DNA of 64,000 bases from a virus. The DNA is taken from IMG/VR virus record IMGVR_UViG_3300037427_004270, one strand, 5' to 3'. Made by a program: the position numbers and the translations under genes. Numbering within the stretch: position 1 is the stretch's first letter; every line of letters starts with the position of its first letter. The notes under the pieces were generated by a model. The model saw nothing but the letters and a program-made list of their open reading frames with translations. It was not told the DNA's origin and did no database searches. Positions 1 through 11,200 of the stretch are shown here, piece after piece.

Positions 1-2
1 CC

Positions 3-1571
3 ACGAGAACTCAAAGCCTGTTGCATGAAACTATAAGCAGAGTCAGTATCTGTGGGATATTCTATGTTTGAAATCTTTGATATATTGAAAATCTGTCCGT
101 ACAAAGTGTCCAGATAACTTGACATGACCTGGCAAAGATTCTTTAAGTTCTTGTTGTCATCCTCTTCTTGGATAAAACTTGCAAAGGAGCGATACAGACT
201 GGTGTGGTTCTGATTATCATACATACTTCCCGTTTTCTGCAAGGATGTCGCTAGTGCAGAAACATCAGGATGTGCAGAATAAATTATAGGGTCCTTTGCT
301 TCTGCGTTGGCTGCGGCTGCAAGAACGATAGCAGAATCTGTGGAACGAGCGCCAACAGCATAACCAGTCCACTTCCCATTCGACATTCTTCCGGAATAGT
401 CCAATACCTTGTTGTCTCTTGAATCTGTAGTGGCAGCGTTGAAAATTCCCTCGTTAAATTTAAAATATAACCCCAAGTCTGGATTTTTGTTCCTATCTGT
501 GTTTGTTCCCCCGAAGACATTGTTTCTCCATCCTCTTCCTATTTCTTCATATGTTCTGTGTTTTCTCCAGAATCTAAAGTCATCCAGAGAAGCTGAAAGT
601 AGGCCCCAACCTTTGCCGGCATGTGCTCCACTTACGTTAGTATACAGAGAACCAATTTGGCCAGCCAAAGCTCCATTAAAGCTGCCTATTGAAGATCCTG
701 TTGTAACTGTCTGGTTTAATGCTCCGTTTCTATAAAGAGAGCAGTTTAAGTTTGAACCATTGTTCTTGAAAGTCAGGGCATAATGAGCCCAGTTGTTATC
801 GTCAATATCTAAGCCCGTACCAACCTCTGCGTAAAACGAACCACTTGAGCCAGACATCAATTCAAAGCGGAAAGCGTCTGCAGAAGAGCCAGACACGAGT
901 TCAACTCGAAATCTCAAATAAGAGGCTGCGCCGAATGTTGCGCCGTTGCTCACATCAAAGATTACTTGTTTGTCGCTCTGTGCCGTATTGAAAACTGGTT
1001 TCTTCATCCAGAATTCTACCGTGGCTCCAGAGGTTCCAGTGAAAGAAAGGTTTGATTTCAAGTTCTCGTCTTCGTCGAACTTGTTTGCATCGGAAAAGTT
1101 TTGATATAAAGGCGACGATGCCATTGGAGAAGAAGATGTATGAGGGCCGCCAACAAAATAAATATATTCATCTGAGGCTGGTTTTTTATAATTGTTTTGT
1201 GCTGCGACGGCAGCGAGGGTGCTGCCAAGGCCAATCTTAGCATGGCCGTTGGTTTTCGGATATAGGTTGTCGTACACATAAGTTTCTAAAGCCGATGCTG
1301 AGAGTTCCCAATGTATCTTCTCTGATTCCGAACCATCATATGGATAGCTATTATAAACATGCTTCATCGCAGAGTCATAGTACTCTTCTGCTAGACCATA
1401 AATGGCAAAGTTTTCTGGCTTAGAGTAGTCCAGGCGTGGTACGAGCTTCTTGTTATTAAGATTTGCTGCTTCGAGTGCTTTAAAACTCTCTACGCCTTCT
1501 GCCTTAAAGTCATCTAGGCTTCTCGCCTTAATGGGCTTCTTTGTATTTTTATATAAGTCTTTTAAAGACAT
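3..1571 (-). CDS. LamG/concanavalin A-like domain virion (baseplate-associated) protein, truncated at the left window edge; absent from the ORF track
   Basis: Hand translation: ATG at 1569-1571 overlaps the upstream TGA. The frame MSLKDLYKNTKK... stays open to base 3. It contains LamG-type motifs TVEFWMKK, NWAHYALTFKN, SLDDFRFWRKHRT and LYFKFNEG. Confidence 0.8.
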   Translation of the reverse strand, partial: MSLKDLYKNTKKPIKARSLDDFKAEGVESFKALEAANLNNKKLVPRLDYSKPENFAIYGLAEEYYDSAMKHVYNSYPYDGSESEKIHWELSASALETYVYDNLYPKTNGHAKIGLGSTLAAVAAQNNYKKPASDEYIYFVGGPHTSSSPMASSPLYQNFSDANKFDEDENLKSNLSFTGTSGATVEFWMKKPVFNTAQSDKQVIFDVSNGATFGAASYLRFRVELVSGSSADAFRFELMSGSSGSFYAEVGTGLDIDDNNWAHYALTFKNNGSNLNCSLYRNGALNQTVTTGSSIGSFNGALAGQIGSLYTNVSGAHAGKGWGLLSASLDDFRFWRKHRTYEEIGRGWRNNVFGGTNTDRNKNPDLGLYFKFNEGIFNAATTDSRDNKVLDYSGRMSNGKWTGYAVGARSTDSAIVLAAAANAEAKDPIIYSAHPDVSALATSLQKTGSMYDNQNHTSLYRSFASFIQEEDDNKNLKNLCQVMSSYLDTLYGQIFNISKISNIEYPTDTDSAYSFMQQALSSR

Positions 1572-2983
1572 CAGTCTACCCTAAATTTAAATGTTTCTCT
1601 TTGCTCTTCATACCTGTCTTCGAATTTGTAAAGAATTTTAATGGCATAAGAATAGCCACTAACCAGGTTTGACATATCAAAGTCAAAATAGTTAGACTCC
1701 CTGTCGTAAGACATTCTAGTGTGATTCAAACTTCCCGTACCATACCCAACAACTTGTTGTCCATCAACAACTCTGTATATTTTGTAAAATGCGTTTTCGA
1801 ATATCTCACTTTGAATATTTTTATTTGCCACAGTATAAATTGTGGGACACCAATCTCTGTCCCTAACGTACAAGCGAAATCTTGTCTTTTCGCTCGGAGA
1901 ATAAGATGGTTTCATGTTCACGATATTGGTAACATAGTCTCCAATACCTGCCTGCACGTCGCTATCAAATGTTCTCACTGTTATTTGACTTCCCGTTGTG
2001 TAGGTGGTGGAACCGCTCGTCCATACATCGTAGAGATATGAACATGTCGTGTCAATGGCCACAGACGCCTTGTAGAGGCCGGTTGATACATAGCTACCCG
2101 TTGCTCTGGTCTTGCCGTCAGAAAGCGTTAGAGCGGAGCCTGTAGGCCCTGTAGAGCCACTATAAAAGCTTACATAAATACTTCCTGTCCCGATGGACGG
2201 AATATTGGTAAGTTTTCCCCTTATTCTATTATAGATGTATACATGATTCAAGTTGTCTGCACCTGGGGCTAATGAGCTGCTAGCATAAAAAGAGTCTCTT
2301 CTGTCTGCAACAGTTGAATCCCATCTTGCTTCGATGACTGGCTTTTTAAGTTCATATTGTGTATTTCTTGCAAAAAACTTTTTAGTATAATAACTTCTGG
2401 TTGCAGTCTCTAAACTAGAGGTTAGTTGGATGCCAAAACCATAGTTACTCTTTGCTCCCGCTATCCACTGCTCCACCAAAGGAGTTACATCTAGTTCCAA
2501 GTGCTCAAGCCCAGTATCAAAAGTTTGAGTAAAGACTGGCGCTGCATGGTAGTCTCCACCAGCAGCAGACCAAGTGACAGCTGTAGTTGCTGTTGTCCAG
2601 TTTGACACATCCTTATCTGAATAGTCTTCCATGTCTAGACCAATTCCTTCGGTCCATGAGCGAGAAACAGCATTCACCACAAGGTTGTAGCTCTTTGGCA
2701 CAGTTTGGCTGTGCTCTGCGTTAAACATCTTCAGATAAAAACGAACACTACCAGAGACAGGTATGTCTCCACTTGTTCGGTCTTGAGATATTGTGGTCAC
2801 TGGAAACGAAACTAAGGAACGGGCAAGCTCAGAAGAAGAGGTCGAATACTGACCGTAAATGCTGAACACTTCCAAAATATCGGAAGCTCCCATGTTAGAG
2901 CCCGTCCCCCGAAGAGAGAACGTACTATTGTAAGCATTTGTGATTGTGTTGTCGGCATTTGCCGAATATCTTTTAAAAGCCAT
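1571..2983 (-). CDS. Ser/Thr-rich virion protein with a DNRLRE/CBM96-like domain (470 aa)
   Basis: LELDVTPLVEQWIAG..NYGFGIQL..KKPVIEARWD resembles DNRLRE-type domains; lies between baseplate genes. Confidence 0.55.
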   Translation of the reverse strand: MAFKRYSANADNTITNAYNSTFSLRGTGSNMGASDILEVFSIYGQYSTSSSELARSLVSFPVTTISQDRTSGDIPVSGSVRFYLKMFNAEHSQTVPKSYNLVVNAVSRSWTEGIGLDMEDYSDKDVSNWTTATTAVTWSAAGGDYHAAPVFTQTFDTGLEHLELDVTPLVEQWIAGAKSNYGFGIQLTSSLETATRSYYTKKFFARNTQYELKKPVIEARWDSTVADRRDSFYASSSLAPGADNLNHVYIYNRIRGKLTNIPSIGTGSIYVSFYSGSTGPTGSALTLSDGKTRATGSYVSTGLYKASVAIDTTCSYLYDVWTSGSTTYTTGSQITVRTFDSDVQAGIGDYVTNIVNMKPSYSPSEKTRFRLYVRDRDWCPTIYTVANKNIQSEIFENAFYKIYRVVDGQQVVGYGTGSLNHTRMSYDRESNYFDFDMSNLVSGYSYAIKILYKFEDRYEEQRETFKFRVD

Positions 2984-4776
2984 TAGATTACCGATCCTTT
3001 AATATCTGCTTTTGGCAACTTTATTTCGTAAACCACATTCTTTGGCAGGTTGATATCTCTTCCGTCTCTTGAGGTGTGCTTGTCGATGTCTAGATATATT
3101 CCAGAATAAGATGCTCCCGTCTTGTTTACAATAGAAACATTTTGAGTATCCAAAACTCCCTCTACAGCGTTTAGGTGCTGATATATCTCTGATATTGAAA
3201 AGTCCTCTCCAATATGGGCGACTTTTTCTGCATAAACCTCTTGAAGCCTCAGAAGACAATTGTTTAGTACATCTGCACTTTCATAGTCCTCTCTGACCGA
3301 TATGCTAAAGTTTATTCCAAAGTTCGCTATCTTGCCGTCAAGAATATCCACTGTGTCGTTAATCATCTTATTTTTTGAAACCCAAGTTTTTAGGTTGTTT
3401 TTTAGAATTGTATTTGCGGTTGTCAAAGAGCCATCAACATTCTCTGTTAGGACATAGATGTTCATATTCTTTCTTACAGATTGCGGGTCTTTGCATATCT
3501 TGGCTCTCTTTACCGAACCAAACTTTGCAGGCATTAAATAACACATGGCCTCATAGTCTTGCTCTGTTACAGCTCTGTTTTGTGCACCAAACGTATTCAT
3601 TGCTCTCACTTTGATATCTTCAACGGTCAAGTCAATATTATCTCCAGTGATAGGTTCATCGTTTGTGCTCTCCAAAGAGCCACGAACGACATTAGAAGTA
3701 GTGACACTTAGCAGCTCTTCATTATCAAAAGATATTTCTTTTCTCACCACTTTGTCTAAAGTGTTGGAAGCAACATTTGTGTTGCTCGTTGTGTTTCTTC
3801 TATAAGTTATAAAAAGAGTAGTATTTGCCGGACTAACGCCCATCTTATCCGAAGATACCAATTTGTTTGGGTCCAGTACTTCGTCGGTGACGTAATGTTT
3901 TCCGGATATCTTCATGGCAATATTAGAGGGATCGAGAGCTTTGTCTGCAGCGAAGTCCTCTTCCTGGCCAGCGCCAAACTGAAGTTCGACCCTATCTCTA
4001 AAAAAGTCTGTCGTAAATCTTCTCGATGCCACAAAGGGCTTCATAATCTGAGGTGCCTGAGTTCTTGAGCCTGGGTCTACATTCTTTATCGCTTTGTATA
4101 CTGTGTTCTGACTCAGATAGTCTACTTCGTAATATTCATTACCCAGAGAGTCTGTAACTGATATTATCTCGTTTATATCTGCTATGCTCACCGTAACTCT
4201 TTTGAACTTTTTAAATTCACCGACTACAATCTCTGCTCTATTCTTTGTTCCCGACGAAACCTTTCCATAAGCCTTCAGTGCATAATATGTGACTGCATTG
4301 GTGGAGGAGTCGAACCTAGCTGCAGTTGCTTCGCCGTTCTTAAAATCTACATCTTGGTCTAGAATGAAAGATGTACCATTTTTGGACATGAGCTCTGCTC
4401 CTGCCTTTAAGACGGGAATATAGCTTTGATTTATTTTTGTGCCATCGCCAGATGCAGGGACCAAAACAAAAAAGGCTGCGAGCCCTTGAGAAGAGGGAGT
4501 ATTTGTAAACTTGTAGCCAGACTGTTTTGCCAGTGCAATAACATTGTCAATCTCTGAGGCGTTTTGTAAAAATGTCTCATTTGCTTGATAATCCAAATAA
4601 AAAGACAAAGAGTCCCCAATATAGGAGACTGTATCCATCATGAGCGAACCGAAGCCTGCTTTACTAAAATCTTGATATGAATTCGGATAGTATCTTTTGG
4701 AATATTCTATAAGAGATTTCTTGATTGAATCGAAGTCTCTTGATGTATAATCTATGAACTTACTTTTTTTAGGCAT
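2983..4776 (-). CDS. Baseplate wedge subunit (T4 gp6-like / baseplate J-like), 597 aa
   Basis: N-terminal YTSRDFDSIKKSL..GSLMMDTVSYIGDSLSFYLDYQANETFL..A..GYK and C-terminal AQNRAVTEQDYE motifs are typical of gp6-like wedges. Confidence 0.85.
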   Translation of the reverse strand: MPKKSKFIDYTSRDFDSIKKSLIEYSKRYYPNSYQDFSKAGFGSLMMDTVSYIGDSLSFYLDYQANETFLQNASEIDNVIALAKQSGYKFTNTPSSQGLAAFFVLVPASGDGTKINQSYIPVLKAGAELMSKNGTSFILDQDVDFKNGEATAARFDSSTNAVTYYALKAYGKVSSGTKNRAEIVVGEFKKFKRVTVSIADINEIISVTDSLGNEYYEVDYLSQNTVYKAIKNVDPGSRTQAPQIMKPFVASRRFTTDFFRDRVELQFGAGQEEDFAADKALDPSNIAMKISGKHYVTDEVLDPNKLVSSDKMGVSPANTTLFITYRRNTTSNTNVASNTLDKVVRKEISFDNEELLSVTTSNVVRGSLESTNDEPITGDNIDLTVEDIKVRAMNTFGAQNRAVTEQDYEAMCYLMPAKFGSVKRAKICKDPQSVRKNMNIYVLTENVDGSLTTANTILKNNLKTWVSKNKMINDTVDILDGKIANFGINFSISVREDYESADVLNNCLLRLQEVYAEKVAHIGEDFSISEIYQHLNAVEGVLDTQNVSIVNKTGASYSGIYLDIDKHTSRDGRDINLPKNVVYEIKLPKADIKGSVI

Positions 4777-4798
4777 AAAAAACCCTCGCTGCTACTCT

Positions 4799-5263
4799 CT
4801 AAATAGAGATATAGTCAGATAATTCTCCCCTATCGTTGAATAAAAGAGTGGCCCCTTCTTGAATTGAAGAAACAAATATCTGCATTAACACTAAAATTTT
4901 ATTATTGTCTTCGGTATCCTCGACAACCTCAAGTCTAGTAATATCCATGTATGGCATATACTTGTTGTATTGAGAAGATATCCTACCCCTTATATCATCG
5001 AGCAGGCTTTCTGAAATATTTTCAAATAAATAAGTTTGCAGCCCCACTCCAAATTCTGGGTCCATTACTCTTTCTCCCGGAATTGTGAACATTATCATTT
5101 TTGCATTTTGTTTTATCAAATCAATATACTCATCAACATGAGCAAAGTCCAAAGTATCGTCCTTCTTTAGGGGGATAGATGGGGTAATGTTATTGCTCTC
5201 TGCACCCTCCATCCTGAACTTCTTTTGAATATCACTTAAACTTCTAATATTATTCTTTACCAT
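4799..5263 (-). CDS. Baseplate wedge protein, GPW/gp25-like
   Basis: IKQNAKMIMFTIPGERVMDPEFGVGLQTYLFE is the gp25 signature. Start moved to the ATG at 5263, just after the upstream stop. Confidence 0.85.
   Translation of the reverse strand: MVKNNIRSLSDIQKKFRMEGAESNNITPSIPLKKDDTLDFAHVDEYIDLIKQNAKMIMFTIPGERVMDPEFGVGLQTYLFENISESLLDDIRGRISSQYNKYMPYMDITRLEVVEDTEDNNKILVLMQIFVSSIQEGATLLFNDRGELSDYISI
4800..4806 (-). promoter_or_regulatory. CTATTTA candidate late-promoter motif upstream of the wedge gene
   Basis: Coding-strand CTATTTA 23 nt before the ATG at 4776; overlaps the upstream stop codon. Confidence 0.4.
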
Positions 5264-5264
5264 T

Positions 5265-8200
5265 TTAACACCCTCTTGCTTTTCCAAACTTTGACATGTC
5301 TAGAATACTAAATGTTGTTTCGCTCTCTGGCTTGCAAAGAGAGTAAGAAGAGTCTTCGACCTCATCTGGCTCCTCTGATGCCTCTTCACCCTTGTCACAA
5401 ATAATGCACGAACCGTCTTGTCTTATGTTCAGGCCTATGTTGTCTAGCTCTCGTTTGAGATCTTCGTTCTCTAGCACTTGATTGCTCGATATCCCATCAA
5501 GTAAAAATAAGAGAGGATCGACAGCGGCATAATATATTAGGCCGAAAGGAGTTGGAATAAAAGGAGGTGCACCGACAACAAGAGGGGCATAAGTTACCCC
5601 AAGGGCAGTTAACTGAGTCATACCGGGAAAGTCTACCCGGACCCCTGGATAAACTGGAGTGTTTATGGGTAGGCATCTCTTGGGATCTGAAAATGGTATT
5701 TCAAATGACTTTTCCTCTAATTTTGGTATTATCAAGCCTGCCTTCAATAGTTCAACTATTGTCTGCGTTATTAGCGTGTGAGGATCTGCTGTCTTTACCC
5801 AGCCCTTGTAAACCTGCAGCGGCGTTCGTAACATGAAAAGAAGCAAATCTGGGTTCCAACTATGAGCAGGGAATTCAAAAGTTTTGGATGCCTGAGATGA
5901 ATTACATTCCTCGAAACTCTTGTTGTAATCTGAAAGTTCTTCTCCTATCGCTGTCAGCATGGCTATGTTGTGTTTCGTTTGTGAAAACATCTGTTCAAAC
6001 TCTTGAGATGTGTTGGCCATATATGCATAAGAAGAGACGAGGGAAGTATATTTATCCAAGTCAAACGAAAAGTCAAACATAATTCTAAATTCGTCATCCT
6101 TCGCAACTTGCCTTAATAAATTGCTGAACAGTTGGTCGCTTAGTGTTAAGTCAAAGTCTAGAGGTATTTGCTCAGTATGGACATGATCGTGCGTGATGTT
6201 CTTTTTATATTTTACTAAAACATAGTTGTTTATGCTGTCGCGGTTAAGGGGAGTGTACTTTTCTCCGTCGGCAAAGGTAACTGGATAGTCTTCATTGTGT
6301 TCTTCGATCATAGCCAGAACTTCTTCCTCGGTCTTGTTGAAAAATCTTATGCTCCTGTCTGTTAGTAAGCCCGGCTCTTGTCCGGAGGCGAACTCTTGTA
6401 GCGGCCAAGAGCTTGGCCTCTTATAATTACCTCGCAGCGACGAAGCTTTCGATAGCCACACGTTCATCTCCGCCTGCACCACTGCAGGCTTTATGGTGTT
6501 TCCTACAATGTCGTGTGTGTGCTCTTTGTTCACTGCATCGTTGTAACTTATGTAGTATCTGTCCACAACCATCCTGCCGGTAGTCTCCGAAGTGATATCT
6601 TCGGAACTAATACTTTGATGTTCTTCGCTTGGCAAAGAAACCGCATTGTGATGGTGGGACTTCACAACAATTCTTTTTGTTCTGACTCTGCCAAAGTCTG
6701 GATCTGGTAAGGAATAGCTTCCATCTGTTTCAACATAGTCAAAAGCAATGTTGAGGTCTTTCTCTGTTGTTTTAAGCTCTTTCGAGGAATCTCTTGTGAA
6801 GAACTGTTCTATGTCACAAGGGTCTGCAGTATCGACCCCCAAGTTTTGCAGTGCCTGCTCTCTAGTCTCCTCGTATGAGCATAAGACATGAACGAACATC
6901 ATCTCTTGGTAGTCACCACTGTCAACAACCTGAACATGTGCCTTATCACTTTGCTCCACTTTGTCGAAATCTATGTTTTGCAAAATTTGCAAGTCTATCT
7001 TTTGGTCTTCTGGCGTTTGCTCTACTACGCCGTACTTGTTGAGATACATATTTGGCTCTTGCTTCTCGACGTAGGCTACTCTAACCCCGTATGCTGCAAC
7101 ATCTTTGCTAAGAAGCAACTCTTCGTTATCCCACTCAAAGTCATACCTTACTTGATCAGGGTTTGGATCTCCCTCCATATGAAACCTTCTCATCTTCGTA
7201 ATAACTTCGCCGTTGATGCCTCTGACATATTTTTCTAGAATTATCTTTCCCTTGCTTGCGTCTTGCCAGTTAAAGTCTTTAAATCTGTTTTTCTCCACAG
7301 ATAAAACTTGCAAGGAGTCTACAAATTTCTCTCTCAAAGCAAGGTCCACAACGTTCTGCTCTTCTTCTGTAATCGAAGGTACCTCGCAAACATTATTTAT
7401 ATTTTGCTTCAACTTTTTAGTGACCTCAAGATATTCTCTTTCAATAAGGTAATCTAGCACCTCAAAAAGGCCATCCTTTGAATCGCTAACAATCGGACGG
7501 TCTGAAAAGTCGTAATACGATCCCATCTCTTCACCGGAAGTTGGATACTTAAACTTTGAGTCAACCATGCTATTGTTTGCTTTTATTATCGCCTTAGACA
7601 TTTTTGGGGTCATGTTAAAAGTTTCCGACATCTCCGTCATCATTCTCTTTTTTATCAACTCTTTAGTTAAAGCATCCATTGGCTTGTTATAGTACAAGAT
7701 GGGGACTATAGCCTGTAATACATATTCTAGGCAATACGCTCTCACGAGCATCAATGCCGACATCGAGGCCATTGTCATAGACATTGGCGTATCTACATTC
7801 TTATCTGCAGAAACATTGTACTTCCTATTTTCTTGTGAATTTAAATGAGCAAACAACGATGTCGCTAGTTCGTAGATGCTGTCAAAGTTGAACAGCCTTG
7901 GATCTTTCTTTGCCTTCTTATGTGCGGGGCTCTGCGTAGGATTGAAGTTTATAAAATGAGCGCCAATAAGACTCTCTCCGGTATCAACATTCTCTGTCCC
8001 GTTTACTGGAGTTATAAGTGGGCTGCTGGATAATTCTTCACTGAGAAAGGATATTATCTCGCGAGTTATCCTGTCAAAAACTGAAGTTTGTTTTTCCGTG
8101 AAGTTATCCAAGTATGGCTTTAGCATCTTGTTTTCGATAGTAGCAATATAAGAAGCTCTATCTGCTGCAGATTCAGAAGCTTGATAAACCTTTGTCCAAT

Positions 8201-11200
8201 ATCTCCTCATCAGGACATTAAATGCTCTCTCTTGGCTTGTCATTTTTAAGTTACTGACTCCATCCGCAATGAGATCTTCACACTCAGTGTCTGCTGCTTC
8301 TTCGGGATCTATTGCCTCTAGCATTTTTGCAAGTTCCGGAGATAGGGAGTTCTCAACTTCTGCGACTGCTGAATATGGGGTTCTTCCGAACCTCTCAATA
8401 AACAACTTTGTTTTGTTCTCATAACTCAAACTATATTCATCAGAAAAGCGAACAGTGAAGTCGTTCTTCATGGCTGGGTCTACAAAACCGCTGGTGGTGG
8501 CCACATCCGATAATACAGTCTCCGATGTCTGCCCTCTCATTCCATAATATGAGGAGTCTCTTACAATATTCTCAATAGCCACACTATAATCTTCTGGCGA
8601 CGTGTATATGTTCTCCATGTATAACTTTTCCAGGCCTCTAGTAAAATACGCAAGCTGGCTATACATCATTCCCTTTGACTGGTTGTTGTTTTCTAAAATT
8701 ACGCCTATGGCCACTACCTTGCTGTGCAAGTCGGAAATAGAGTTTAACAATTCGTGAGTACTGCAAGCCCATTGTGAATCTACGAACTGTTCCGTCGTTA
8801 CAGTAGCTGTGGTTCCTGCAGTCGTAACAGGCGTGGTTAGATTCATAGAACGACTTGTGGCTGCGTACCTGGAAGTGACTCTAACTCCATTGAGTATTAG
8901 GACTCTTACGATAGTTTCTTCCACTTCGTCTCCGATAGTTGTCATGCTATCTCCGAAGCCAAACATGTCGGAAATATTAAAAGATATATCCTCTTCCGTG
9001 TCCAAACTCTTAAAGCTTCCGTTATCCAACTCTCTACCAGAGAAGAAGCTTTTTGTAAGAGTTTCAGCTTTCAAATGATCTCTCAAATTGCCCATCAAGA
9101 TGTTTGTTTCTATCTTCCTTGTGGCTATTGGGTTTTCAAAGTCAGTGTAAGGGCCGACCGATTCTGCATCCCTGAATTTAGCGTTCACGACCCTATCTTC
9201 ACCGAAGTCGCTCTTTTTGTAAATTATCGTATCGTTGATATATTCCTGGTCTTCATCCCTAGCAAGATACCCTCCCTCTGGAGTTCCGTCAATGGTGATA
9301 CCATCTTCGAGAAGTGGGACGTAGCCAGTAGACAATAATGCTTGGAATTCTGGGTTTACCATTGTTTTCTGGACTTCTCCTCGCTGCTCTATAAACTTAG
9401 TCTCTTCTAGAGAGCGAAAAGTTATGTTCTCGCCTTTAGCAAGAATCTTTGGTATTTTCTTTTCATGAATCTTTTTCTTTGCAATTGCAGCTTTGTACAG
9501 TTTCATATCCTTGTCAAAAGATATTTTCACTGGATCTAGCATCTTTCTAAAAACCTTCTGCGTGATATTTTGCAAAATCTTTGGTTGTGGTATTACCTCC
9601 ATCTGATCTTTTAGATCACCGCCAAGGTTTGTACCCATTTGCTTGATACTCTCAATCGCGACTTGAAGTGCTTGCTTCTTTTCTTCCTGTGCCTTTTCCC
9701 TAGCTCTGTCTGCTTCTTCCTCGGTAATCTCGCCCCTGTCTAGGCTTTGCTCTAGGATACGCTCTCGAATATCTGCTTGTGTTATGCACGATTGGAATGG
9801 CTCTTTTGCCGAAAAGCTTTCTTGTGCTTTTGCAACAATGTCTTTCTTGATATCGCTCAAACCGGCAAGATGACCAATAAGAGAAAATGTTGAAGACAGT
9901 GCATCATTTTTGTCCACAAAAAGAGTTCTTAAATTCTGAGGCAAGGCCTCTCTTGCCTTTTCGATTGTTTCTTCCTCTGCCTCTCCAATGAGCAGTGACA
10001 TATTCTCGTAGGGAGTCAGCTCCTGAGAAACAGAAGTCACTGATTGTAGCATGGAAATACTATTTTGTGCTGAGGTTGTCGATGGAGGGCTGAGTGGTCC
10101 TTGGGTCGAAGCCGCCAAAGTAACTTGGTCTGGTGTTACGACGTTCAGATCTGAGTATTTATTCAGAGTGTCTTCAAGGAAAGAAAAGGCCGATGTTCCT
10201 TTGGCCTTTGTTTTGGTATTGCCTGCAGCGTCGGATGTTATAGAAAAGTTGTCGGTTGTTGATATTGCGCCGCCTGGACCTGCGCTATCCATTCCAATGT
10301 CGAGTCTTGCCTGTGCTAAGTCTTTCAACATTGGTGCAATCTTCTTTACAGCGGCCTCCAGCTCATCACTTATTCCCTTGTTCGCCATTTGAGATATCTC
10401 TGTCATAGCACCAGCTATATCCCCAGAAAGAAAGTCTGCAGCGTTTTTGACATTCAGCATGTTACAATCAATAAGCTTCTCTAGGAGACTAACTATGAGT
10501 CCCCACAAAATGCCAAAAATTGCCATAGCGACTGCTTGATTTATCTGAAAGTAAAAGTTTCCAAACGGGCGAACCAATGTTGCTCTAGGGGTATCAAACG
10601 TCGGAAATCTAGCTCCAAAGGCCTCTAGCATGAGGCGTACCAAGACCGTACAAAAGGCGTTAATGTCGATGTGCTTTTCTATCTCTTGCATCACGAGGTC
10701 AGCGGCATTGGCTGGCTCTCTAGCTGCAATGACGATGCCCGTCTCAAAACCAGGAAGCTGAGGTCCTTTGTATTCGAACCCAAATGGTGTTCCGTGATAT
10801 TCTTCTCTTATCTGGTTAAATATTCTGTTTGTCTTTGTGTCTCTATTGGTCTTATCTATCGAATCCTCAAGGTCGTCTCCCATTCTAAGCCAAATGACCA
10901 TATCTTCAGTTATACTATCCACTTCTGATATTCCGAGGTCTTCATTTGGAAAACCATCTAGCGCCTTGTTATACATTTTAAAATTATCAAACTTACCTGA
11001 AAAGGTTGAGTTTCCTCCTCTGGTGTCGTCGCCAGCAAGAACAATCTTAACCCTACTGGTTCCTGCTCCAACAGTTTGACGCAACTCTTCTGGTATTTGG
11101 TATGATTCTGCCCTCTCGTTTTGAGTTGTTTTCAGGATAAGCTCTGCATCTAGAGAGTAAGCTTTCACTCTACCTTCTTTGTAGGTAAAGCCAAACGGTA